Under the pieces are notes generated by a model. That model was not told the origin of the DNA and did no database searches. It saw nothing but the letters and a program-made list of their open reading frames with translations. From Candidatus Planktophila sp. (GTDB lineage Bacteria > Actinomycetota > Actinomycetes > Nanopelagicales > Nanopelagicaceae), in assembly GCA_044346555.1 (NCBI GenBank), contig JBIIYZ010000004.1:6361-70360 (forward strand): a stretch of 64,000 nt of DNA. Reading direction: 5' to 3'. The translations under genes and the position numbers were made by a program. This document shows, piece by piece, positions 8,391 to 19,625 of the stretch; within the stretch, counting starts at the first letter, position 1, and each line of letters begins with the position of its first letter.

Positions 8391-9856
8391 AGCGGGAACT
8401 CCAAGGTTGCTTGGGTTCCGGACTCCCCCGAAGTTAATTTAATCTGACCACGTAGTTCATTTTCAGTCAAAGTTCTAACGATTTGTAAACCTAAGTTAGA
8501 AGAATTAACTAAATCAAAATCACTCGGTAATCCAGCGCCATCATCGCTCACTGTGACTTTTGCTTTACTTTCAAAACGTTCGCAATGAATAACTAGATTG
8601 CTTCCCTGTTCAGCTAACCCGTGCTCAAGTGCGTTATGAATTAACTCGGTCACGATTAAAGCAAGTGGTGTGGCAATACGTGGATCAATCTCAGCCAAAG
8701 ATCCGCTTCGTCTAATGTTTATCTCACTCATTCGTGGACTTAAATCTGCTGCGTGAATAACTAAATTATCTAAGACCTGATCGAAAGCTACTTTGGCATC
8801 TGCGCTATTTGAGAGGGTTTCGTGAACTAGCGCAATTGAGGCTATCCGGCGCACCGCTTCTTCAAGGGCGGCGCTTGCCTGCGGCTCAGCAATTCGCCGA
8901 GCTTGTAATCGCAATAGCGCTGAAACTGTTTGTAAATTGTTCTTAACTCGATGGTGTACTTCACGAATTGTGGCATCTTTAGTTACCAATTCGCGTTCGC
9001 GACGTCTTAACTCAGTCACATTGTGAAGCAAAACAATTGCACCAATTCGGTCATCACCCTGCAAAAGCGGCATCACCATTAAATCAATTGTTGCGCCTTC
9101 GTTCTCAATTTCAGCACGGCGCAAAGATTTGCCGCTGAGTGAACTACGAATTCCTTCGTGGTGCGATTCATTTCGCTGCAGAGAAACCTTCGATGCCACC
9201 TCACCCAGATTAAAGCTCTCCAAATCATTACCCCAACCCATGCGGTTAAAGGCAGATCTAGCATTTGGGCTGGCATAGGAAATTACGCCATTTAGATCAA
9301 GCCTGATCAGGCCATCGCCAACGCGCGCAGAAGGATCGAATATTGATGAGGCATCTTGATAGGGATAGGTGCCTTCAACGACCATTCGGTAAAGATTATT
9401 AGCGATCTCGCGATAATTTAGTTCTAATCGACTTGGTGAGCGCATCAGTTCAGCATTACGATGGCGGGAAATTATGGCAATCACTTGGCCTTCATAAATA
9501 ACTGGAATTGTTTCTTCTTTAATGAGCAAGTCACCAAACAACTCTGGCTCGGAGTCGCGCACAATGTCAGCACTCGAGAGAGCCTCATCTAAACGTGGTC
9601 GCTCTCCCCAGGTGACTTCAGATCCAATTAAGTCATTGGCAAAAACGGTTGCTGAAGTAGTCGGTCGAATGTGTGCGATTGCCACATATCCACTTGGCCA
9701 AGCGGTTACATCAGTGCGCAGCGGTACCCAAAGAACCAGGTCTGCGAAAGAAAGATCTGTAAGGATCTGCCAATCTGCAATCAATTCTTGTAGTCGATAA
9801 ATTTGTGCAGAAGTAAGTGTGCTGCGTTTATTCAACAGGCTTTCGATGCGATTCAT
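8387..9856 (-). CDS. pdtaS: Cytoplasmic sensor histidine kinase PdtaS
   Basis: N-terminal GAF-like DLSFADLVLWV, PAS region, H-box EVHHRVKNNLQ, NALEHG, DDGAG, LGLQIV; convergent with whiB1. Confidence 0.9.
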   Translation of the reverse strand: MNRIESLLNKRSTLTSAQIYRLQELIADWQILTDLSFADLVLWVPLRTDVTAWPSGYVAIAHIRPTTSATVFANDLIGSEVTWGERPRLDEALSSADIVRDSEPELFGDLLIKEETIPVIYEGQVIAIISRHRNAELMRSPSRLELNYREIANNLYRMVVEGTYPYQDASSIFDPSARVGDGLIRLDLNGVISYASPNARSAFNRMGWGNDLESFNLGEVASKVSLQRNESHHEGIRSSLSGKSLRRAEIENEGATIDLMVMPLLQGDDRIGAIVLLHNVTELRRRERELVTKDATIREVHHRVKNNLQTVSALLRLQARRIAEPQASAALEEAVRRIASIALVHETLSNSADAKVAFDQVLDNLVIHAADLSPRMSEINIRRSGSLAEIDPRIATPLALIVTELIHNALEHGLAEQGSNLVIHCERFESKAKVTVSDDGAGLPSDFDLVNSSNLGLQIVRTLTENELRGQIKLTSGESGTQATLEFPL

Positions 9857-10255
9857 TTACTGAGCCTGCCAATTTGGAAGTTGAATCGCTATTTCTTGTG
9901 CTGCATACCAGGTGAGCTCGCCATCATCAGATTTAGCATCTCCGACAAATAAACAATCAACCTGGCTAAATTTAATGGGTGATAGAAGGTGTACTTCAAC
10001 CTCTGATTCCGACCCGATTTGGGCTGGCTCTAAATCAACTGCTAAAGCAAATGAAAAGTTAGCTGAGTTATCTTGATAAGAAATTGAATCTTCGGCCGCT
10101 AGTAACGAAAGTATGTACTCTGACTCTTCTTCGCCGAGTTCTGGATTAGCGTTTTTAAACTGGCTGGTAGGCACAAATGCCGTATCTATTGATATTTCGT
10201 CTTCGCCCAAAAGTTGAAGTAACTCATCTGGAGTTATAGCCAAGTATCCGCGCAT
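9857..10255 (-). CDS. Conserved actinobacterial hypothetical protein (DUF6912-like)
   Basis: MRGYLAIT start and ELTWYAAQEI end; acidic; usual neighbour of pdtaS. Confidence 0.6.
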   Translation of the reverse strand: MRGYLAITPDELLQLLGEDEISIDTAFVPTSQFKNANPELGEEESEYILSLLAAEDSISYQDNSANFSFALAVDLEPAQIGSESEVEVHLLSPIKFSQVDCLFVGDAKSDDGELTWYAAQEIAIQLPNWQAQ

Positions 10256-10292
10256 GGGCTAACTCTATTGGAAGAGCTGCCACAGCTTAAAA

Positions 10293-11390
10293 CTAGACCT
10301 CGCTGGCAATCTTTAAGATCGCCTTGCGCAACATTGATTTTGGGCTTGCTTCGCTAAGTGCCGAACTACTTGCTGCCGCAGCTGCCACAGCACGATTATC
10401 TCTGGGCAGCGTCCAGCGATTTTGGGGATTAAACTGATCTATCTGTGCGGCTAATTCATGGGCACCTTGATCGTTCCGATGACGTGGAACTTCTAGATTG
10501 GCTACGAAAGTCAATTTAGCTTTGATCTTATTCTTCGTAAGTTCTTGAATCAATTTTGTCAATCTAAAGCGACCAGTCTGATCTGGTCTTGAATTCAGCC
10601 AAATTTCATCGCAGTTATCGCTGCTCCAAATTAGGCATTGTGAATTCCATCGTCGATCAGTTAGTTTCATTGCTAGGTTAGAAATTGAACCAAGATCAAT
10701 CACAATTAGATCAAAATTGACGTAGGCAGTTTCCATAAACTTTGCAAAGCTGGCACTCTTAGCTTCAGTTAATTCATATGCCCAAAGCAGTTGTGAGATC
10801 AACCTGGGATTTTGATCACCTCTTAAATTGCGCAAGTCCAACGCAATTGAAATAGATGGCTCGATTGAATTACCATCAATTAACAGTGTGCGCTTATCTA
10901 GCAAACTGGACTCCATAGCCAGATTAAGCGCCAAAGTTGTAGCTCCAGTGGCTGAGCCAGCCGAGGCAATTGCAATAACTTTAGCTCCAGCTAAGTTACT
11001 GGCTTTATGGCTCGAAATTAGGGGTTCGCGAAATTCCCGGCGCAAGATCGCACGCATTTGGGAAACTAACTCGGTGGGGTCGGTAGGTCTGGGTGAGAGT
11101 GATTCATATGTGTTTTTCTCGATATCAGTGCCATACCCAATTATTTGCCGTACTAATGTGCGCAATTCTGAAATCGCTGCCTCACTAAAGCCCGGCAAGT
11201 CTGGCGCATAAATAAGGATCGAATTTTTAACTACTTCAGAGTTCTGAACAAGGTAAAGCTTTAAAGCAGAGAGGTCTACTGCCCGTGCGATTATGTCCCA
11301 ACCTTGAGAGTGTAGATTGCTAGATACAAAGCTTTCGAAATTACTATCGGCTATAGCTGTAATTATTGTGTGGTTGCCTGCCTCATCCAT
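10293..11390 (-). CDS. Receiver-like plus degenerate P-loop protein (CpaE/Ssd/MinD-like)
   Basis: IAIASAGSATGATTLALNLA, LLIDGN, IVIDLG, LPRD...A, LRKAILKIA; GK lysine absent. Confidence 0.6.
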   Translation of the reverse strand: MDEAGNHTIITAIADSNFESFVSSNLHSQGWDIIARAVDLSALKLYLVQNSEVVKNSILIYAPDLPGFSEAAISELRTLVRQIIGYGTDIEKNTYESLSPRPTDPTELVSQMRAILRREFREPLISSHKASNLAGAKVIAIASAGSATGATTLALNLAMESSLLDKRTLLIDGNSIEPSISIALDLRNLRGDQNPRLISQLLWAYELTEAKSASFAKFMETAYVNFDLIVIDLGSISNLAMKLTDRRWNSQCLIWSSDNCDEIWLNSRPDQTGRFRLTKLIQELTKNKIKAKLTFVANLEVPRHRNDQGAHELAAQIDQFNPQNRWTLPRDNRAVAAAAASSSALSEASPKSMLRKAILKIASEV

Positions 11391-11991
11391 TTAACTTCAC
11401 CACTACTAAACGGCCATAAGTGGTCGCTCTGAGAACGTCTGATATCTCATCTCGGCCGATCGCGATAGTTATCGCAGCTTCTGAGCCGAAGTTAGAGTCT
11501 TTTCGCTCAATTGCGCCTAAATAAATGTCACTTAAGACTAGTTCGGGCTCAGACGGGAAGGCACCGGATTCAGCATCTTCAAGTAGATAGATACTTATTC
11601 GATCTCCCGCTAAGACAGTGGCAGGTAAATCAATTGATCGAATCGTTAGAGAAATCTCGGCACTGTTTATGGAATTACTCTGCGAACTAATTGATTGCGT
11701 AGCGATGAGTGAAGATTTTTGAATCCGATTAGTCACAATACTTCCAATCGGATTTATCTCAGTAGCAAGATAGTTCTGTGAAATTGCCGATATATTCACT
11801 TGAGCTTTTGAGATATCACTGGCGGCAATCTGCTGACCAGGTGTTAGCTCACGATTTGCAATCCAGAAACTCTCCTTCTGATTTGAGAGCACCGAAATTA
11901 GAACACTCGAAAGGATAGATGCGACCAAGAGGGATGCCGCAATTAAAATGCGAGTTTGAATTTTAGTTTTTTTAGTAGACATGAAAGGCAT
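11383..11991 (-). CDS. SAF-domain / CpaB(RcpC)-like protein
   Basis: N-terminal TM, WIANRELTPGQQIAASDI (SAF-like), LAGDRISIY. Confidence 0.7.
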   Translation of the reverse strand: MPFMSTKKTKIQTRILIAASLLVASILSSVLISVLSNQKESFWIANRELTPGQQIAASDISKAQVNISAISQNYLATEINPIGSIVTNRIQKSSLIATQSISSQSNSINSAEISLTIRSIDLPATVLAGDRISIYLLEDAESGAFPSEPELVLSDIYLGAIERKDSNFGSEAAITIAIGRDEISDVLRATTYGRLVVVKLNG

Positions 11992-12105
11992 CTAACGGTG
12001 CCAAGCAACATTTCCAGTTTGTCTATCCACAGTCATCCTTTCGGATGAGATCTGGTAATCCTTTCAAATGATCTACCTATAAAGGTCGACCGAAAGTCTT
12101 TCGCC

Positions 12106-12630
12106 ATGACAACTATCGACCTATCCGTAGAGCCAACTTTTCAAACCATTACTTTTTCGCCAATCTCAAGTAGCCAAGATGAGATTCCAGGTCATCCGGT
12201 ATTAGACCTATTCCGATCCCCCGTTCCTGAACCAGTGCCACAGAAAGCTAAGTTGTATTTAGTTCCGACCTCATATGGAGATGAATATGATCCGGACTTT
12301 GCGCCAATGCCAACTTCTGCAAGTGAACTGCCTGAGATAAGTAGCTGGGCCTTGAAGTATGGCGTAAGCGCACTTGAGATTTGGGCTGGCAAGAGACCGG
12401 CAGCTCAATTAGCTCGTTGGACACATAGAAATATCTACGGCAAGTTAATTACCGACACTGGATCGTTGAAAGAGATTGGACGAATTAGGAAACTGCACAT
12501 TAGCGAACCGTTAGACGGGATTGCCGAATCAGTATTAACTGTTAGGTACGGTGATCGGCTACGTTCGCTGATCATGCGTTTTGAAGGCATCGATCAGAAA
12601 TGGTTATGTACTGAACTATTTTTGATCTAG
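12106..12630 (+). CDS. Rv3235 family protein
   Basis: EIWAGKRPAAQLARW...RSLIMRFEGIDQKWLCTEL; convergent with secA as in other Actinobacteria. Confidence 0.85.
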   Translation: MTTIDLSVEPTFQTITFSPISSSQDEIPGHPVLDLFRSPVPEPVPQKAKLYLVPTSYGDEYDPDFAPMPTSASELPEISSWALKYGVSALEIWAGKRPAAQLARWTHRNIYGKLITDTGSLKEIGRIRKLHISEPLDGIAESVLTVRYGDRLRSLIMRFEGIDQKWLCTELFLI

Positions 12631-12653
12631 ATGGGCCAGACTTTAAGTAAGTT

Positions 12654-15320
12654 TTAAGCGCCGCCGTGGCAACGCTTGTACTTCTTACCGGAACCACATG
12701 GGCACGGAGCATTTCGCGAGACATCATTTTTTGTAACATTGCCACTTTCATCAGCTGCGCTGTACTGCAGTCCAATTGGTGAAACTGGTTTAGCTTCGAT
12801 GCCTTTTGCCTGAACTTCAGAAGATTCAACGGTGACTTCAACATTGAAAAGGAAGCCAGCAATTTCTTCTTTGATTGCATCCATCATGGCTGCAAATAGT
12901 TCGTAACCTTCGCGTTGGTATTCAACTAATGGATCACGCTGCGCCATTGCGCGAAGCCCAATTCCTTCTTGCAGGTAATCCATCTCATAAAGGTGTTCGC
13001 GCCATTTGCGATCAAGCACTGAAAGGAGAACTTTGCGTTCAAGTTCGCGAGTGACCTCAGAGCTTAAAGCGCTTTCGCGATCTGCATATGCCTTGGCTAG
13101 ATCTTCAAGAATTCGATGCTTAAGTAGTTCGACATCTAGACCTGCGCGTCCACCGATTTCAGCATCTAGATCAGCTGGGCTAAATGAGACCGGATAAATA
13201 ACTTTGAGGTGGTTCCAGAGCGTCTCAAGATCCCATTCTTCAGCGTAACCCGAAGCAGTTGCGGCATCGACATAAGCTGCCAAAGTATCTTGCATGAATT
13301 CAATGACTTGTTCCTTTAGATCTGTACCTTCGAGAACTAAGCGACGTTCGCCGTAAATTACTTCGCGTTGACGATTCATTACATCGTCATACTTCAAGAC
13401 ATTCTTACGAATTTCAAAGTTCTGTGCTTCAACTTGGGTCTGCGCTGATCGAATTGCATTGCTAACCATCTTTGATTCGATTGGTTCGTCCTCTGGAATT
13501 CCAGCCGCAGAAAGAACGCGCTCTACGATGCCAGAATTAAAGCGGCGCATTAAGTCATCTTGTAGTGAAAGGTAGAAACGTGATTCGCCAGGATCACCTT
13601 GACGACCAGAACGACCGCGTAGCTGATTATCAATACGTCGAGATTCGTGGCGTTCGGTACCAAGAACATAAAGACCACCGAGCGCAATAACTTCGTCGTG
13701 CTCTTTTGCGACAGCTGCTTTCTGTCGAGCAATCTCGGCTGGCCAAGCCGCTTCGTATTCAGCAGCATTATCTACTGGTGAAATTCCGCGACGCTGTAAT
13801 TCGAAATCTGCCATGAACTCTGGATTGCCGCCGAGCATAATGTCGGTACCGCGGCCTGCCATGTTGGTTGCAACAGTGACTGCGCCTTTAACACCAGCGC
13901 GAGCAATAATTGCTGCTTCACGTTCATGGTGTTTAGCATTTAAAACTTCGTGAGCAACGCCTGATTTACGTAGGATTGCTGATAACTCTTCGGATTTTTC
14001 AACGCTGACAGTACCAATCAATACTGGTTGGCCCTTGCGATGGCGCTCAACAATATCTTTTGCTACCGCGTGGAACTTGCCTAGTTCGGACTTATAAACC
14101 AAATCTGCTTGATCAATACGGATCATGCTGCGGTTGGTCGGAATTGGCACAACACCGAGCTTGTAAATCTGTTGAAACTCAGATGCTTCAGTCATCGCAG
14201 TACCAGTCATGCCTGAAATTGTTTGATACAAGCGGAAATAGTTCTGCAACGTAATGGTTGCCAAAGTCTGATTTTCGTCCTTGATCTCAATACGTTCCTT
14301 GGCTTCAAGAGCTTGGTGCAAGCCTTCGCTGTAGCGACGACCAGCCAACATACGACCAGTGTGCTCGTCGACAATTAATAGCTCGCCATTCATGACTACA
14401 TAATCTTTATCGCGCTTGAAAAGCTCCTTTGCGCGCACTGCATTATTTAAATAACCAATCATCGGCGTATTAACTGCCTCATAAAGGTTTTCAATCTGCA
14501 GCATCTGCTCTACGCGTGTTACACCTTCTTCGAGGATGCCTACAGTTTTCTTTTTCTCATCGATTTCGTAGTGAACATTGCGCTCTAGTTTCAAGACCAG
14601 ATTTGCGAACTCGACGTACCACTTGGTCGCTTTATCAGCTGGCCCCGAAATAATCAGTGGAGTACGTGCTTCGTCAATCAAAATTGAGTCAACTTCGTCA
14701 ACGACGGCAAAGAAATATTCGCGTTGCACGCAATCATCAAGTGACCAGGCCATGTTGTCGCGTAAATAATCAAAGCCAAATTCATTATTTGTGCCATAAG
14801 TAATGTCGCAGTTATATGCCTCACGACGTTCAGCCGGAGTCATGTTGTTGAGGATTACGCCAACTGTTAAACCTAGAAAACGATGAATTCGACCCATCCA
14901 TTCGCTATCGCGCTCTGCCAAATAGTCGTTAGTTGTTACAACGTGAACGCCTTTGCCGGCGATCGCATTTAAGTATGAAGGAAGAGTTGCAACTAAAGTC
15001 TTACCTTCACCTGTGCGCATTTCTGCAATATTTCCGAGGTGAAGCGCTGCTCCGCCCATTAATTGCACGTCGTAATGACGCTGACCTAAGGTGCGCTTTG
15101 AGGCTTCACGAACTACCGCAAAAGCTTCGGGTAATAAATCATCTAGAGATTCGCCGTTGGCATAACGGGCTTTAAATTCATTGGTCTTTGCGCGAAGTTC
15201 GTCATCAGAGAGGGCAACTGTGGCTGGCTCAAATGAGTTAACTTTGACTACGGTCTTGCTCAACTCTTTTAGGATGCGCCCTTCACCTGCGCGCATAATC
15301 CGATCGAGAATTGCAGGCAT
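12654..15320 (-). CDS. secA: Preprotein translocase ATPase SecA
   Basis: [70 protein letters not shown]. Confidence 0.99.
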   Translation of the reverse strand: MPAILDRIMRAGEGRILKELSKTVVKVNSFEPATVALSDDELRAKTNEFKARYANGESLDDLLPEAFAVVREASKRTLGQRHYDVQLMGGAALHLGNIAEMRTGEGKTLVATLPSYLNAIAGKGVHVVTTNDYLAERDSEWMGRIHRFLGLTVGVILNNMTPAERREAYNCDITYGTNNEFGFDYLRDNMAWSLDDCVQREYFFAVVDEVDSILIDEARTPLIISGPADKATKWYVEFANLVLKLERNVHYEIDEKKKTVGILEEGVTRVEQMLQIENLYEAVNTPMIGYLNNAVRAKELFKRDKDYVVMNGELLIVDEHTGRMLAGRRYSEGLHQALEAKERIEIKDENQTLATITLQNYFRLYQTISGMTGTAMTEASEFQQIYKLGVVPIPTNRSMIRIDQADLVYKSELGKFHAVAKDIVERHRKGQPVLIGTVSVEKSEELSAILRKSGVAHEVLNAKHHEREAAIIARAGVKGAVTVATNMAGRGTDIMLGGNPEFMADFELQRRGISPVDNAAEYEAAWPAEIARQKAAVAKEHDEVIALGGLYVLGTERHESRRIDNQLRGRSGRQGDPGESRFYLSLQDDLMRRFNSGIVERVLSAAGIPEDEPIESKMVSNAIRSAQTQVEAQNFEIRKNVLKYDDVMNRQREVIYGERRLVLEGTDLKEQVIEFMQDTLAAYVDAATASGYAEEWDLETLWNHLKVIYPVSFSPADLDAEIGGRAGLDVELLKHRILEDLAKAYADRESALSSEVTRELERKVLLSVLDRKWREHLYEMDYLQEGIGLRAMAQRDPLVEYQREGYELFAAMMDAIKEEIAGFLFNVEVTVESSEVQAKGIEAKPVSPIGLQYSAADESGNVTKNDVSRNAPCPCGSGKKYKRCHGGA

Positions 15321-15417
15321 TTAGCCACCTATGACCTTTCAAAGTTACTTTTGCTGGCAGCCTCGGCTTCTTTCAAAACCAGTGCCAACTTACGAGATAA
15401 CTCCCCAATCTTAGGGG

Positions 15418-16065
15418 TTATTCACGCCTACGAAGTGCCACGCAAGCCGTAGCTGCCGCCTGCACCTTAAAGCCAGCCTTGGTCAAGGCTCGGTTTGCCT
15501 CGTTGATAGTCGATCCAGTGGTTACTAGATCATCCAAAATAACCACGCTCTCACCTGAATAATTCCCACGGAACTGAGGTTTTATTGAGAGCGCCATTGC
15601 CAAATTCTCCCGGCGGCTGGTGATATTCAATTTACTTTGATCTCGAACCAATCTTTGCTGCTCAAGTAACGGCAGGACCACTACCCCCATATCTTTAGCG
15701 ACCAAGAGCGCCATCTCGTTAATGAAGTCTCGACCACGTCGACGATTAGAAGCTGGCCCAGAAGGAATTGGAACTAAAGCACAATTTTGATATTTTTGAA
15801 AAAGTCTTTGTAGCGATGCGTTCATGGCGCTACGAACTAATTGATCTGCTGATTTTATACTCTGTTCTTTCGCAGCCAACAAAATATTCTTTGCAACTGG
15901 TGAATATGGAATTGCAGAGTAAACAGCTAAGTTAACAACTTTGCTTTGGTATAAATGTGGGTTCCAGAGCTTGCGACATATTGAGCAAATTGAATAGCCA
16001 AGTTCGCGACAGCCAAAACATCTAGTTGGAAAAAGTAAATATTTTAGGTCCGACACTAATTGCAT
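15418..16065 (-). CDS. ComF family phosphoribosyltransferase-like protein
   Basis: CFGC...CSIC, RRRGRDF, PRPP motif VILDDLVTTGSTI. Confidence 0.9.
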   Translation of the reverse strand: MQLVSDLKYLLFPTRCFGCRELGYSICSICRKLWNPHLYQSKVVNLAVYSAIPYSPVAKNILLAAKEQSIKSADQLVRSAMNASLQRLFQKYQNCALVPIPSGPASNRRRGRDFINEMALLVAKDMGVVVLPLLEQQRLVRDQSKLNITSRRENLAMALSIKPQFRGNYSGESVVILDDLVTTGSTINEANRALTKAGFKVQAAATACVALRRRE

Positions 16066-16121
16066 CTATAAAGATTAAACTTTGCTGACTAAATGCTCTG
16101 TCCAAAAATTATTGGTTGTGG

Positions 16122-17660
16122 TTAACCTTTTAGCGAGATTAATCGAGAGTTCAGTTGATCCCCAGCTCGTCGAGGTAGATAAAGAACAAAGTGAGCGCCT
16201 TTACCTAGCTCACCCCAAGCTTCGAGTTCGCCGTTATGTAGACGCGCATCTTCCAGAGCAATTGATAAACCCAAACCAGTTCCGCCGCGAGTTCGGGCGC
16301 GCGATGGATCGGCTCGCCAGAATCGGTCGAATACCCGATTGAGCATTCTTGGCTCAATACCAACGCCGTAATCACGGACGCCAATGGCAACATCTTCAGG
16401 TGAAGCCATGATGCGCACTTCTATAGGCTTGCTTTCAGCGTGATCTATAGCGTTACTGAGGAGATTTCGAATCACCCGTTCAACTCGGCGAATATCTCCA
16501 TTTACAAAAACTGCATCTCTCGGGCGATTTAGATTAATCTCAATGCCATTTTCTTTCGCAACCAGTGAGAGATCAGCAATGCAGCGCTCTAGCGAGCCAC
16601 AGATGTCGAATTCAACAGCTTCCAATTCTGCTACCTCTGCATCAAATCGGCTGATTTCCAGTAAATCTTCGAGCAAGCGCTCGAAACGATCGATTTGTCC
16701 GATCAATAATTCAGAGCTGCGAGCGATTACCGGTTCAAATCCTTCGCGTGCATTATGGATAACTTCTGAGGCCATACGTAAAGTTGTTAACGGAGTACGT
16801 AACTCATGGGATACATCAGATACAAATCGCTGTTGTACTCGTGATAAATTCTCGAGGCGGGCAATTTGCTTCTCTAAAGATTCGGCCATCTCATTAAAAG
16901 CATTTCCAAGGCTGGCGATCTCGTCGTTGCTCTTCACCTGCATGCGTTGACTAAAGTCACCATCAGTGAACTGTTGAGAAATTCGAACCGCATCGCGAAC
17001 TGGCTTTACAACCTGTCTAACTACAATCCAAATGATTAGCGCAATCAAAATAATCAAGGCAAATCCGGTTAGATAGAGAGAGTTACTAATTAAAGCCAAT
17101 GTTGCCGCTTGATCGGCGAGGCTGAAGAGAACATACATCTCGTAGTCGCCACCGTCTGGAATGCTGATGCGCTGACCTACCGCGAGACCATTTATCGAAT
17201 TTGAACCTGCGTAATCAATACGGACATATGAATACTCTAAGTTCTCTGAGTTACGTACTTTGTTGCGGAGATATTCTGGAATCGAAGTATTGGAAACTAA
17301 ATTTGAACTGATCTCATAGTTTGCTTTACCAATAGCAGATCCAGGAACTTGCAGAATTACAACTTCACGGCCACTTTCATTAGATCCGACGGTTGTTGCT
17401 GAAGTAATTACTGAACTGAAAATTTCCCGAACTGAATCAGTTGGACTTCCGGTAGCTATAGCAAGGCGATATTGAGCGCTAAAGATAGTAGAGCGAGCTT
17501 CGATAATCGCAGTATCAATATTTACTTGCTTGATACCAGTTGAAAGTCTGGAATAAAGGGTTGAACCAGTAATCGAAACTACTACTAGCGATAGAAAAAT
17601 AGTCGAGACAACTACCCGCAGAGCGAGAGAGTTTGATTTGTGAGCACTGCCAGATCGCAT
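16122..17660 (-). CDS. mtrB: Sensor histidine kinase MtrB
   Basis: Two TM, HAMP, FVSDVSHELRTPLT, RDYGVG, FWRADPSRARTRGGTGLGL. Confidence 0.95.
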   Translation of the reverse strand: MRSGSAHKSNSLALRVVVSTIFLSLVVVSITGSTLYSRLSTGIKQVNIDTAIIEARSTIFSAQYRLAIATGSPTDSVREIFSSVITSATTVGSNESGREVVILQVPGSAIGKANYEISSNLVSNTSIPEYLRNKVRNSENLEYSYVRIDYAGSNSINGLAVGQRISIPDGGDYEMYVLFSLADQAATLALISNSLYLTGFALIILIALIIWIVVRQVVKPVRDAVRISQQFTDGDFSQRMQVKSNDEIASLGNAFNEMAESLEKQIARLENLSRVQQRFVSDVSHELRTPLTTLRMASEVIHNAREGFEPVIARSSELLIGQIDRFERLLEDLLEISRFDAEVAELEAVEFDICGSLERCIADLSLVAKENGIEINLNRPRDAVFVNGDIRRVERVIRNLLSNAIDHAESKPIEVRIMASPEDVAIGVRDYGVGIEPRMLNRVFDRFWRADPSRARTRGGTGLGLSIALEDARLHNGELEAWGELGKGAHFVLYLPRRAGDQLNSRLISLKG

Positions 17661-18338
17661 CTACTGACCGCCGGCTTTGTAACCAACACCTCGCACGGTT
17701 ACGACAATTTCCGGGTGCTCTGGGTCGTGTTCGACTTTGGCACGAAGACGCTGAACATGAACATTTACCAAACGGGTATCAGTTGAGTGACGATAGCCCC
17801 AAACTTCACTGAGCAACGCATCGCGCGAAAAGACTCGACCTGGTTCGCGAGCTAGCGCGACAAGCAGGTCAAACTCCAATCGAGTTAGCGCAATCTGTTT
17901 ACCGGCACGTGATACCTGATGCGCGACCACATCGATTACTAAATCAGCAATTGTTAATAGACCAGAGATGTCAGTATTGGTACGGCGCAAGCGGGTGCGG
18001 ATACGTGCTATTAATTCAGATGGATGCTTAAAGGGTTTGACCATGTAATCATCAGCGCCTGCTTCAAGGCCACGTACTACGTCGTGAGTATCGCCCTTGG
18101 CCGATAGCATCACAATTGGCACCATTGATTCGGCTCTAAGCAATTTACATACTTCAATGCCATCTAAACCTGGCAACATCACATCTAGTAAAACCAAATC
18201 TGGTGGATTATTACGAAAAACATCAAGTACTTCGTCGCCGCGGCTTACTAGATCCACGTCGATGCCGGCACCGGTCAATACGATACCGAGCATCTCCGCG
18301 AGATCCTGGTCGTCATCGACGACCATTACTAAGGTCAT
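17661..18338 (-). CDS. mtrA: Response regulator MtrA
   Basis: LLDVMLPG receiver; EVWGYRHSTDTRLVNVHVQRLRAKVEHDPEHPEIV. Confidence 0.97.
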   Translation of the reverse strand: MTLVMVVDDDQDLAEMLGIVLTGAGIDVDLVSRGDEVLDVFRNNPPDLVLLDVMLPGLDGIEVCKLLRAESMVPIVMLSAKGDTHDVVRGLEAGADDYMVKPFKHPSELIARIRTRLRRTNTDISGLLTIADLVIDVVAHQVSRAGKQIALTRLEFDLLVALAREPGRVFSRDALLSEVWGYRHSTDTRLVNVHVQRLRAKVEHDPEHPEIVVTVRGVGYKAGGQ

Positions 18339-19625
18339 TTAGCTTCCGTGTTCCCAAGAATTCAAATACAAATCTTGTGCTGGTGTAAGAACATCAATCT
18401 TGCCACCCATGCTGCTTAGTTTAAGGCTGGCAACTTCTTTGTCTATATAGGTAGGAACGTTATGAATTCCGGCTGCGAGATTCTTTGCCTCTTTAACCAG
18501 ATATTCGGCAGTTAACGCTTGATCTGAGAATGACATATCCATTACAGATGCTGGGTGACCTTCGGCAGCGCCAAGGTTTACCAGGCGACCCTCAGCAATG
18601 AGAAGTAAGCGACGACCATCTGACATTACATATTCATCTGTTTGATGACGCATCTTGGCATTCTTGCTCTTGGCATTTTTCTCTAACCAAGCCACATCAA
18701 TTTCAATATCAAAGTGACCAGAGTTAGCCATAATCGCGCCGTCCTTCATAACTGCGAAGTGTTCATCGCGAAGAACATCACGGTTGCCGGTAACTGTAAT
18801 GAAGACGTCGCCAACTTTTGCAGCATCAGTCATTGGCATAACACGGAAGCCTTGCATCATTGCATCAAGTGCTTTAGTTGGGTCAATCTCAGTAACGATT
18901 ACATCTGCGCCCATACCCTTGGCACGCTCCGCTACGCCTTTTCCGCAATAACCAAAGCCAGCTACAACTACGATGCGACCGGCAAGAAGATAATTAGTAG
19001 CACGGAAAACTGCATCGAGTGTTGATTGGCCGGTGCCGTAACGATTATCAAACATATGCTTTGTGTCGGTGTCGTTAACCGCGATCATTGGGAACTTCAA
19101 CGCACCGTCTTTAGCCATCTGAGTTAGGCGAATAACACCAGTTGTAGTTTCTTCGCAACCGCCGGCAACATTTGGGATTAATTCTTGGCGGGTAGTGTGT
19201 AAAACATTTACTAAATCGCAACCATCATCGAACACTTGGTGCGGTTCGATATCTAGGGCCGCATTTAGGTGTGAGTAATATCCATCGCGATCAACCGCAT
19301 TCTTGGCGAAAACACTAATTCCATATTCATGGACAAGTGCTGCAGCTGTGTCATCTTGAGTCGAAAGTGGATTAGATGCACAAAGCGCAATATCAGCACC
19401 TCCTGCTTTTAGAACGCGCATCAGGTTGGCAGTTTCGGTAGTCACGTGCATACAGGCAGCAATACGAATGCCAGCAAATGGTTGCGACTTTTCAAATCGC
19501 TCACGGATTTGAGCAAGAACTGGCATATTGCGTTCGGCCCATTCGATTCGCTTGCGGCCTTGCTCTGCTAGCGAAGCATCGGCAATGTCATTGCGAGGTA
19601 CGGTCTTTGTTACAGGTGCGTTCAC
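18339..19625 (-). CDS. ahcY: Adenosylhomocysteinase (short form, 428 aa; start corrected to GTG 19625)
   Basis: [58 protein letters not shown]; AGGAG 7 nt upstream of GTG. Confidence 0.97.
   Translation of the reverse strand: MNAPVTKTVPRNDIADASLAEQGRKRIEWAERNMPVLAQIRERFEKSQPFAGIRIAACMHVTTETANLMRVLKAGGADIALCASNPLSTQDDTAAALVHEYGISVFAKNAVDRDGYYSHLNAALDIEPHQVFDDGCDLVNVLHTTRQELIPNVAGGCEETTTGVIRLTQMAKDGALKFPMIAVNDTDTKHMFDNRYGTGQSTLDAVFRATNYLLAGRIVVVAGFGYCGKGVAERAKGMGADVIVTEIDPTKALDAMMQGFRVMPMTDAAKVGDVFITVTGNRDVLRDEHFAVMKDGAIMANSGHFDIEIDVAWLEKNAKSKNAKMRHQTDEYVMSDGRRLLLIAEGRLVNLGAAEGHPASVMDMSFSDQALTAEYLVKEAKNLAAGIHNVPTYIDKEVASLKLSSMGGKIDVLTPAQDLYLNSWEHGS

Noticed and set aside
15328-15417. SecM-like leader peptide upstream of secA (open stretch ...ELSRKLALVLKEAEAASKSNFERS*)
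   Set aside because: Only a 19-codon TTG ORF with no SD, no signal sequence and no RAPP/RAGP-type arrest motif
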